Origin: Rickettsiales bacterium
Lineage (GTDB): Bacteria > Pseudomonadota > Alphaproteobacteria > Rickettsiales > UBA1997
Assembly: GCA_018969185.1 (NCBI GenBank)
Contig: JAGWYT010000003.1
Coordinates: forward strand, 3,843 to 67,842
Length of the DNA stretch: 64,000 bases
Direction: 5' to 3'
Under the pieces are notes generated by a model that was not told the origin of the DNA, did not search any database, and saw only the letters and a list, made by a program, of their open reading frames with translations. This document shows positions 1-8,300 of this stretch, piece after piece. The position numbers and the translations under genes were made by a program. Positions within the stretch are counted from its first letter, which is position 1; the number at the start of each line of letters is the position of its first letter.

Positions 1-476
1 ATATCCATCAAAATTAAGGCCGGAGCTTTCTTAACATCAAAGCTATTGCTTATTTTAAGATCATCATCATTAACTACAGGATATATTATATTATTTTTTA
101 CAATAGATTTTATAATTTGTGATTTGCTATCGCCATCTTCAGACTTATTGGAATGCACTCCAATAACAGTTAAACGGTTACCGTGTATTTGTTCTAATTT
201 TTTTATTTTTAGCGAAATATAATCACAATCAACACAATCATAATTCCAAAAATTAAGCAGAATTACACGATCTTTTAAATCAGAAATTTCAAGAGGACGA
301 GACGTATTAAACCACTCTTGCGACTTAGAACTGTTTTGGAATAAATTACTTACTGCTGATTTGTTAAATGTAGCAGAAAAAAACAGGTAAGAAAATAAGG
401 AATATAAGCTGTAAAAGATTACAACAACAGCAACAATGAGTAAAATGAAAGATTGGTCTTTCTTACTAAGATTCAT
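1..476 (-). CDS. thioredoxin-fold (TlpA/redoxin-like) membrane-anchored protein, N-terminal part; gene continues beyond window start
   Basis: Own translation of the minus strand from ATG at 476 stays open to position 1. It is absent from the ORF track because it is truncated. Sequence: MNLSKKDQSFILLIVAVVVIFYSL (TM anchor) ... VILLNFWNYDCVDC (CxxC) ... LTVIGVHS ... YPVVNDDD ... APALILMD, a redoxin-like pattern. Confidence 0.6.
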   Translation of the reverse strand, partial: MNLSKKDQSFILLIVAVVVIFYSLYSLFSYLFFSATFNKSAVSNLFQNSSKSQEWFNTSRPLEISDLKDRVILLNFWNYDCVDCDYISLKIKKLEQIHGNRLTVIGVHSNKSEDGDSKSQIIKSIVKNNIIYPVVNDDDLKISNSFDVKKAPALILMD

Positions 477-512
477 TTATTTGATGATGGTGGAAAATTT
501 GATTGAGAGCAT

Positions 513-538
513 GTCCACCACGATAAATCGTGGTGGAC
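513..538. other. GC-rich 11-bp stem / 4-nt loop hairpin just downstream of rpsU (no clear U-tract)
   Basis: gtccaccacga-taaa-tcgtggtggac is a perfect inverted repeat. It sits 13 nt past the rpsU stop, but no T-run follows on the minus strand. Confidence 0.3.
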
Positions 539-550
539 CAAAAACACGAA

Positions 551-748
551 TTACATCACGTATTCGCCTTTTCTGCTTCTTTTTTTACGAGTAATATTTT
601 CCTCGATTCTTCTTTTTTTAGCTTCAGAAGGCTTTTCATAAGCTTTTCTTCTTCTAGCTTCTTTGATAATGCCTTCTTTCTGAGTTTTTTTTCTAAAAAC
701 CCTGATAGCCATTTCAAGATTCGCTCTACCATTAATTGCAACCTGCAT
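551..748 (-). CDS. rpsU: 30S ribosomal protein S21
   Basis: 65 aa, ATG start. MQVAINGRANLEMAIRVFRKKTQKEGIIKEARRRKAYEKPSEAKKRR matches the conserved S21 pattern (R.FK.K....GI..E.....YEKPSE.RKR). Confidence 0.9.
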   Translation of the reverse strand: MQVAINGRANLEMAIRVFRKKTQKEGIIKEARRRKAYEKPSEAKKRRIEENITRKKRSRKGEYVM

Positions 749-800
749 TCAACTTTACCCCCTTTTACGCCTATTTAATTTTTTATACTAAATTTCTTTC

Positions 801-926
801 AAAACCCGCTTTTACAAAGAATTTTTAGGTTATTTTCTTTTTTTAGCGAGTGAAGTGTATTAAACATACATCACCGAGCTAATAAAAGAAAATAACCTAA
901 AAAGTCGCAGCGAAAATTAGGGTTTT
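801..926. repeat. about 125-bp nested palindromic element in the hpf-rpsU intergenic region
   Basis: Outer arms aaaaccc (801-807) / gggtttt (920-926). Perfect 15-bp arms aggttattttctttt (828-842) / aaaagaaaataacct (884-898). An imperfect inner hairpin lies between them. Confidence 0.6.
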
Positions 927-936
927 AAAAAAAATT

Positions 937-1548
937 TTATTTTTGCGGATCTATCCATGAAATGTTGCCATCCTTTCTGTGATAAACAACATTCAATCTT
1001 TTATTCTTACCATTGATGAAAACCAAAGCAGGAAGATTTTGCAAATCCATTTTCATGATCGCTTCTTCAACACTAAGCTCTTCAATATCAGTATTTTTTT
1101 CATCAACAATTTTTACTGAATCATCAAAATTATCAGATTCTTCATTTTCCATTTCCTCAAATACATTATAAGCAAGAGGTGGAACAACATATTTCATAGC
1201 GTTCAGAGCTTTGTAATCATCGGAACTTTTAATACCGCCACCATTACGACGATAATTTTTAATTCTTCTTTTATATCTTCTTAATTGCTTAGCGCATTTT
1301 TCAGAAGCTTCATTGAAACAACCATAAACATCTCCAGCTTCAGCATCACTCTTAACATTGATGCCGCCTTTAACTCCTTCATTTACAGTAATTACAACCT
1401 TAAACATTTGGTTGTTTTTTGAAAAATGCACAGTTGCACCAACTGCTTTTTCAAAATATTTCTTTACTGATTTTGAAAGATTTTCTTCAACATAATCAGT
1501 TAAAGATTGCCCAATATCCATGTTTGAGCCAAGAACTCTAATATCCAT
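937..1548 (-). CDS. hpf: ribosome hibernation promoting factor (long HPF / RaiA family)
   Basis: 203 aa, ATG start. MDIRVLGSNMDIGQSLTDYVEENL...VHFSKNNQMFKVVITVN...DVYGCFNEASEKCAKQLRRYKRR is the sigma-54 modulation/S30EA fold, followed by a C-terminal dimerisation domain. Confidence 0.85.
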   Translation of the reverse strand: MDIRVLGSNMDIGQSLTDYVEENLSKSVKKYFEKAVGATVHFSKNNQMFKVVITVNEGVKGGINVKSDAEAGDVYGCFNEASEKCAKQLRRYKRRIKNYRRNGGGIKSSDDYKALNAMKYVVPPLAYNVFEEMENEESDNFDDSVKIVDEKNTDIEELSVEEAIMKMDLQNLPALVFINGKNKRLNVVYHRKDGNISWIDPQK

Positions 1549-1549
1549 A

Positions 1550-4213
1550 TTAATTAATAATTTGATTCATAACAAATTGCAAAATTCCACCGAAGTTGAA
1601 ATATTCTACTTCGTTGCTGGTATCAAGACCGCAAGTAAGAGTAATTTCTTCTTTTGAACTGTCAGATCTAGTGATAACACATTTTAAATCTTGCTTTGGC
1701 TTAATGTTAGGGCTAATTCCTAAAATATCAATAGTTTCGTCTCCTTTTAATTTTAAAGTTTTACGATCTTGTAAAGGCTTGAAAATCAAAGGCATAACAC
1801 CCATTCCAATTAAATTCGAACGATGAATTCTTTCAAAACTTTCAGCAACAACTGCTTTTACTCCAAGTAAGAAAGTACCTTTTGCTGCCCAATCACGAGA
1901 AGATCCTGTACCATATTCTTTACCAGCAAAAATAACTAAAGGAGTGTTTTTTTCCTTATAAAACATTGCCGCATCATAGATTGATACTACATCATCCTTA
2001 CCGTTAATTTTGGTAAAACCACCTTCCTTACCAGCAAGCATTTCATTTTTAATTCTGATATTAGCAAAAGTGCCGCGCATCATAACTTCATGATTACCGC
2101 GTCTTGCACCATAAGAATTGAAATCAACTTTACTAACTGATTTTTCTTCAAGATATTTTGCTGCCGGCGAAGCAATTGCAATGTCTCCAGCTGGAGAAAT
2201 ATGATCTGTAGTAATTGAGTCACCAAATATTCCTAAGATCTTTGCTGATTTGATTTCAGCAGCATTTTCTCTGTGCAAATTATCAAAGAAATTAGGCAAA
2301 CGGATATAGGTGCTTTCTTTGTTCCAAACATAAGTATCAGATTTTTCTACTGAAATTTCCTGCCAAGATTTATCACCATCAAATAAATTTGAATATTTTC
2401 TTTCAAATAATTCTCTAGTAATTGTTGAATTTATTACTTCATTAATTTCCTGCTTAGTTGGCCAAATATCTTTTAGAAATACTTTCTTACCTTGATTATC
2501 AAGACCAATTGTATCATTTGTGATATCAGGTCTGATATTTCCAAGTAAAGCATAAGCAACAACTAATGGTGGTGATGCTAAATAATTCGCTTTAACTAAA
2601 GGATGAACGCGCCCTTCAAAATTACGGTTTCCTGAGATTACTGAAGCAACTAAAATATTTTTTGATTTTATTGTTTCAGAAATTTTTTCGTGCAAAGGCC
2701 CTGAATTACCAATACAAGTTGTGCAACCATATCCAACCAAGTTAAATCCAAGCTTATCAAGGTAAGTTTGCAAACCAGCTTTTTCTAAATATTCTGTAAC
2801 AACTTGCGATCCAGGAGCAAAAGAAGTTTTAACAAAATTTTTAACTTTTAAACCTTTCTCAACTGCTTTTTTAGCAACTAATCCTGCCGCAATTAAGACA
2901 GAAGGATTTGAAGTGTTTGTACAAGAAGTTATTGCCGCAATTGCAACATCACCATCACCTAAATCAGCATTTATTTCAGGAATTAAGGTGCGTTTTTTAT
3001 CTTGCGATCCACCAACTTCAGCTAATAATTGTTCAAATGATTCATCAACATGCGAAACGTCAATTCTATCTTGCGGTCTTTTTGGACCAGCCATATTTGG
3101 ATTAACCGTTGAAATATCAAGTTCTATTATTTCACTAAATTCAGGAGCAGAATTATGATTTTCACAAAACATATTTTGTGCTTTAGCATAAGCCTCAACT
3201 AACTCAATAGTTTCATGGCTTCTGCCTGTTAATTTAAGATAATTTATAGTTTCATTATCTATTGGAAAAATACCGCAGGTTGCACCATATTCTGGCGCCA
3301 TATTAGCAATTGTTGCGCGATCAGCCAAAGCAAGGTTATCTAGGGCTGGACCGAAGAATTCAACAAATTTTCCAACTACACCTTTTTTACGCAAAATATT
3401 AGTAACAGTAAGAACTAAGTCAGTTGCGGTAATTCCTTCTTTTAATTTACCAACTAATTTAAAACCGATCACTTCTGGAATAAGCATTGAAACTGGTTGA
3501 CCAAGCATTGCTGCTTCTGCTTCAATTCCACCAACACCCCATCCAAGCACTGCCAAACCATTAATCATTGTAGTGTGGCTGTCCGTTCCAACAACAGTAT
3601 CTGGATAAACCATAGTTTCACCATCAACTTCTTTGCTCCATACAACTCTTGCTAAATTTTCTAAATTCACCTGATGGCAAATACCAGTTCCCGGTGGAAC
3701 AACACGAAAATTATTAAATGATTTTTGTGCCCATTTTAGAAATTCATAACGTTCAATATTACGCTTCATTTCAAGATTAACATTTTGCTCAAAAGCGTTT
3801 TTCGAAGCAGAAAAATCAACTTGCACCGAGTGATCAATAACTAAATCAACAGGAACTAAAGGATTGATTTTTTTTGGATCTTTATTCATTTTTTTAACTG
3901 CATCACGCATTGCCGCCAAATCAACAACCGCAGGCACTCCTGTAAAGTCTTGCATCAAGACACGCGCTGGAATATAAGAAATTTCAACTCTTTTTTCAGG
4001 ATTTTTTACTGAATCAATTAGGTTTGCGATATGACTTTCATTTATTACATCACCATCAAAATTTCTTACCAAATTCTCAAGCAAAACCTTCAAACTGAAA
4101 GGTAATTTTGATATATCTTTTCCTAGTTTCTTTGCTGCTTCTTCAATTGAAAAAAACTTATATTCTTTTTTAGTTAATTTTAGCGAAGATTTTTTAACAA
4201 ATTCTTTAGTCAT
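1550..4213 (-). CDS. acnA: aconitate hydratase A
   Basis: 887 aa, ATG start. Shows IRP/aconitase motifs (MQDFTGVPAVVDLAAMR, GTDSHTTMINGLAVLGWGVGGIEAEA, ITSCTNTSNP, CTTCIGNSG, NRNFEGR). Confidence 0.97.
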   Translation of the reverse strand: MTKEFVKKSSLKLTKKEYKFFSIEEAAKKLGKDISKLPFSLKVLLENLVRNFDGDVINESHIANLIDSVKNPEKRVEISYIPARVLMQDFTGVPAVVDLAAMRDAVKKMNKDPKKINPLVPVDLVIDHSVQVDFSASKNAFEQNVNLEMKRNIERYEFLKWAQKSFNNFRVVPPGTGICHQVNLENLARVVWSKEVDGETMVYPDTVVGTDSHTTMINGLAVLGWGVGGIEAEAAMLGQPVSMLIPEVIGFKLVGKLKEGITATDLVLTVTNILRKKGVVGKFVEFFGPALDNLALADRATIANMAPEYGATCGIFPIDNETINYLKLTGRSHETIELVEAYAKAQNMFCENHNSAPEFSEIIELDISTVNPNMAGPKRPQDRIDVSHVDESFEQLLAEVGGSQDKKRTLIPEINADLGDGDVAIAAITSCTNTSNPSVLIAAGLVAKKAVEKGLKVKNFVKTSFAPGSQVVTEYLEKAGLQTYLDKLGFNLVGYGCTTCIGNSGPLHEKISETIKSKNILVASVISGNRNFEGRVHPLVKANYLASPPLVVAYALLGNIRPDITNDTIGLDNQGKKVFLKDIWPTKQEINEVINSTITRELFERKYSNLFDGDKSWQEISVEKSDTYVWNKESTYIRLPNFFDNLHRENAAEIKSAKILGIFGDSITTDHISPAGDIAIASPAAKYLEEKSVSKVDFNSYGARRGNHEVMMRGTFANIRIKNEMLAGKEGGFTKINGKDDVVSIYDAAMFYKEKNTPLVIFAGKEYGTGSSRDWAAKGTFLLGVKAVVAESFERIHRSNLIGMGVMPLIFKPLQDRKTLKLKGDETIDILGISPNIKPKQDLKCVITRSDSSKEEITLTCGLDTSNEVEYFNFGGILQFVMNQIIN

Positions 4214-4216
4214 GTT

Positions 4217-4921
4217 TTAATTAGAATTAGTTGCAATTACAAGCCAATTTGGACTGTTTACAGTAACATCTCTCTTGAATTTCCAAACATCACTTAGTTC
4301 AAAAATTTCATCTTTTTTACCTTCAATAATATCACCTTTCTGGTCTGTAACATAATTTATTTGTCTTGAAAAAAATTTTACTGTTACTAAAGCATCATTA
4401 CCAATCATTGATGCCGCTATGATTTCCGCCTTATCAATTGCAATAAGGTTTGTAACTAAATTTTGCCCCATTGATCTTCTAGTGCTAATTGCTTGATCAA
4501 AACCTGAATATATTTTATCCGCCAGTAAAAATTTAAGAGTTTCTAAATCAGCAACAGCAAAAGCTTTAACTACCATTTCAAAAGCCGATTTTGCACCATT
4601 TAAGAAAAATTCGGCAGAAATATTGCAAGCTTTTATAGCATCTAAAAATTGTGATTTTGATTTTTCATCAAGACTTGCAACAATGGATTCTTCAACCTGA
4701 CTTTTTACTGCTTTTTCTTTATTTTCTTTTTCTTGAGTGCTATGCTGACCGACAACTGCTTGCCCTGCAGCCATTTGACTTTGAATTTCTTCTATCAGTT
4801 TTTTTCTTTTTTGGATTTTTTCTTCAATACGTTTTTTATCATCTTCATCAACCTTACCAAGCTGCTCTCTAAGCTTAAAAACAACATAAAATGCAACTGC
4901 AGCAAAGAATATTATGTCCAT
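4217..4921 (-). CDS. Tim44-like domain protein (membrane anchored)
   Basis: I place the start at ATG 4921 (MDIIFFAAVAFYVVFKL, a TM helix). The ORF-track start at 5005 would overlap tRNA-His. The C-terminal 150 aa (FLNGAKSAFEMVV...LVTVKFFSRQINYV...WKFKRD...PNWLVIAT) fit the Tim44 C-terminal-like fold common in alphaproteobacteria. Confidence 0.75.
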   Translation of the reverse strand: MDIIFFAAVAFYVVFKLREQLGKVDEDDKKRIEEKIQKRKKLIEEIQSQMAAGQAVVGQHSTQEKENKEKAVKSQVEESIVASLDEKSKSQFLDAIKACNISAEFFLNGAKSAFEMVVKAFAVADLETLKFLLADKIYSGFDQAISTRRSMGQNLVTNLIAIDKAEIIAASMIGNDALVTVKFFSRQINYVTDQKGDIIEGKKDEIFELSDVWKFKRDVTVNSPNWLVIATNSN

Positions 4922-4962
4922 TTTGAATAAAATTAGGAAATCTGAAAACTCTATTTGTAAAG

Positions 4963-5040
4963 TGGGGCAAGCGACGGGTTTCGAACCCGCGACCCTCAGA
5001 ACCACAACCTGATGCTCTAACCAACTGAGCTACGCCTGCC
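4963..5040 (-). tRNA. tRNA-His (anticodon GTG), with encoded G-1 and CCA
   Basis: Reverse complement: G-GCAGGCG-TA-GCTC-AGTTGGTTA-GAGC-A-TCAGG-TTGTGGT-TCTGA-GGGTC-GCGGG-TTCGAAA-CCCGT-CGCTTGC-C-CCA. It folds as a cloverleaf. The extra 5' G opposite C73 is the tRNA-His hallmark. Confidence 0.93.
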
Positions 5041-5135
5041 ATTAAATTAAGAGACATCCATTTAAAATTCGAAAGGCTTTAATGTCAAGTTATTAAAAAT
5101 ACTGTAATAGAGAATTATTCCTTGTTACACAAAAG

Positions 5136-5390
5136 TGTCATCCTAAGCCTTACAACAAAGTAAAAATCTATTGATATTGAATTGATATTAATTGCATTAG
5201 ATTTGTTTTTTTGGCTAAAAATTAAGAAAAGCCTCCTTTCATTTTTCTTAATTTTTATCTCAAAAATACTTCGCTACCGCGATCAATACATTTTTACTTT
5301 GGTATAGAATTTGTTTTACAAGGATCTCGTGCATTTTCTGAGATCTTTCGCTCACAGCCACTAAAAGTGGCTATACAACTCAAGATGACC
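5136..5390. repeat. composite palindromic repeat (family 1, GTCATCYTRAGC...GCTCARGATGAC termini) with internal hairpins
   Basis: Left terminus gtgtcatcctaagcc (5136-5150), right terminus ctcaagatgacc (5380-5390). Inside are a perfect 13-bp hairpin aaaattaagaaaa/ttttcttaatttt (5219-5256), agccactaaaagtggct, and ggatctcgtgc...gagatc modules shared with other copies. Confidence 0.6.
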
Positions 5391-5397
5391 TATAATA

Positions 5398-8300
5398 TTA
5401 ACTATCTAAACTTGTTATCTTAGCGTCAATGTTACGAGCTTCAGAAGTATGGCTTTCAACCTCACTTTGTAAACTTGTAATATCATTTTCTAATGTACTA
5501 ACTTTAACTCTTTCTTCAGCAGTAAGAGTTGCTGCATCTTTCGCTTGTAGTATTTTAAGCTCCTCTTTTTTAACACTTATTTTCAATTTAGCTAATTTAG
5601 CTTTTGATAATGTAAGTTCTTTATCCATGCTATAGCTATCTTTTAAAACCCTCTTATCAGAAGAAGTTTTATCTAATTTATCATCTTTTTTAGTATTATC
5701 AGCTTTTTCAGAATCAGTATAATCATCAGCAACGTCTTTATCTTTTTTAATTTCTTCAAGAGTATTATTCATTTCTTCCAATTTCTTTTTAACCTCTTCA
5801 AGATTATTTCCTTTCGCTATATCTCCATTTATAGTTGCTTCAATAACAGTAATTTTATTATCAACAATTTCTAAATATTGTTGTTGATCAATAATCAAAT
5901 TCATTCTTGCAACTGAAAGATTTTCTTTAGCAATTAAAATCTCATCTCTAATAGATTCTTCATCTTCATCCGTATCATTATTTTTTGAATTTTTATGGAA
6001 ATTTATATATTTTTTTTCAACCTGAATTAGCGCCATTTTTGCCTTTTGTACTTCATAAATCTTATTTGCCGTAAGCTCTCTATTTTCAACTTCAATAATC
6101 TTTGCTGCAATATCAAAAGATTTTTTCAGATCCTCAGAAGACATTTCTAAATATTTTGCATAATCTGAATTATTACGATCAACCGCACCTTGACCATTTT
6201 TCTCAGCTACAATTTCAGAAATTATTTCAATTTCCTTAAGCACGTCACCAACTTCTACTTTAGTTATTTTATTTAAACCAACTCTTAAATTAATCTTTTC
6301 TACAATAATTTTTTGTAACTTTAATTCTGATTCTTTTAAAACATTCTCAATATCTTTTTCTTCTCTTTCATTCAGAACTTCTTCCAATTGCAATTCTTCC
6401 TCTTGTTCTAATTCTTTTTCATTCATCTCTTTCTTATTTGATTCAGAAATTAAATCATCACGTAATATCTCTTCATCCTGAGAATTAATTGCTTCTTCCT
6501 CTATTACTATTTCTTCCTCAGTTTGACTATTAGCACCCTGTGCAGAACCTTTCTTGCTACTAATTACAATATTTGCCTGACGACCTTTATTAGACTCTTC
6601 AATCATTTTATTTAAGTAATCAATTCTTGCAATTTCTTCAAGCATTGTAACTTCTTTACCATTAGATAGATTTACCGTCTCCACTTCATATTCTACCCTA
6701 TTCATTGCATCAGAACCTCTTTTTTTGATATCCATCACTATTCTTTCTCTTTCTTTAACTTCCAATCTTTTTTCTTTTACAATTCTTTCAAGATCTTCCA
6801 CTTCCTTTTGTGCTTTTTTAGCATCTTCATCTTTTAACTTTTCAGCTTCTAATTTTTTCTTTTCTAATTCTTCTTTAGCCTTTTCTAATTCTTTTTCTGA
6901 TTTTTTAACATCTTCTTTTCTCCTCATTATTAAAGCATTTTTAACATCATATAATCTATTTTCCGCTTCCGCTAACAAGACTTTTCGATCTTGTCCTGAT
7001 TTTAATGCATCATCAATATCTTTCTCTACAATTTGCTTCATATGATCTTCATATTCTTTTCTTCTACTATTTATTAGTTTTTCTCTTTCATCAATTGCAT
7101 CTTTTTCTCTCTTGATTCCTTCATCAATAAGTTTTTTAGAGTCTAATAATCTCTTAGACTTTGCCTCCAAAGCTTCTTTTTCTTTTTCTAAAGATTTTTG
7201 ATTTTTTGATATTTCATCAATCTTCTTTTGTAAAATATTTATATCTTTAAGATGACTGTTTCTTTCACCAAGTCGCGATTCTTTAAACATTTTCTCACGT
7301 TCTTCTTTATCTTTTATCAAATTTTGCTTAGATTCTTCGTTCTTCTCCATCTTGTAATTGCACTCTGCTATCCTTTCATTAACACTTTTTATAGATTTAT
7401 CTAATTCGTATGTTTTTCTAAGATGTGCTATTTCCACAGATTTTTTATCCCTCTCAATTATATTATTCCTATCTCTAACAGACTCTCTTAAACTTTTTAA
7501 TTGAGCATCTATGTCACTTTGAACAGCAGTAGAAGACCCCAACAACCTACCAAAAACTAAGTTTCCTGTTAGTTTGTCTCTAGCGTGACCTACTGGCTTA
7601 GTGATACGATCTATACCTTTCAACCCTTTTAAACCTCCTTTATTAGAGTTTTTATCCATTCTCTCAAGTTTCTCTAACTTACGCAAAAATATCTCTCTTT
7701 CTTTTACCGGATTATTTTTATCGTTTCTATTGAATACACCTTGTACTACCCTATAAGCATTACTAATTCTACCAGAAACATTAACTCTACCAGAAGAGGT
7801 GTATTTATTTTCTTCAATTTTTTGATTTAGTGATATTTCATTATCTTTTAAATGTTGTAAATACCTGCTCTTCGCATCCTCATTATTAAGAACAGATTTG
7901 GCAGCATCACTAGTTTCAGCTACTGATTGTTTTTTGATAAAACTATTTAAATTTCCCAAATGCTCTTGCGCTGCAGCTCTACCACCCGAAAAGCTGCTCT
8001 CAGCAAACTGCAAAGCCTTTTCTTTTAACCTTTCTTGTCTCTCTTTTCCAAATATTGGATCAGAAGATTTATTCATCTTCTCACTTTCCTTTTTAATAAA
8101 ATTCTTAAGTGGTTCTTTTACTAATACCTCATCAAATCTTTTTACTATTGATGTCATATTAACACCAGCAAGCTTCATTCCTGTAGGATCATAGGTTTTA
8201 GGACCATCAGGTTTATTAGCAGCATAATTACGATGCATCTGTTGCTGTAACTTTGAAAGAGCTGTAGTTCTTATAAAAGCATCAGCCTTAACACCAGTTA

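Noticed and set aside
530..778. Alternative ORFs overlapping rpsU (530-778 plus strand; 556-741 minus strand)
   Set aside because: Only the 551-748 minus frame yields the conserved S21 sequence. The others are shadow frames.
2908..3158. Plus-strand ORFs inside acnA
   Set aside because: They are antisense to a well-supported aconitase CDS and have no motifs.
4875..5057. 60-aa minus ORF, and the first 28 codons of the 4217-5005 ORF
   Set aside because: Both overlap tRNA-His (4963-5040). The real Tim44-like CDS starts at ATG 4921, which begins a TM helix.
5398..7935. Tandem DNA repeats in the K/E-rich tail of the giant protein
   Set aside because: I could not find an exact or near-exact repeating nucleotide unit by eye. 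The region looks like compositional bias (GAA/AAA/AAG codons) rather than a tandem array. A dot-plot would be needed to be sure.
6725..8194. Plus-strand ORFs (6725-7045, 7898-8194) within the giant VirB6-like gene
   Set aside because: They are mirror frames of the K/E-rich coiled-coil region, giving F/S/L-rich peptides. There is no independent coding signal.
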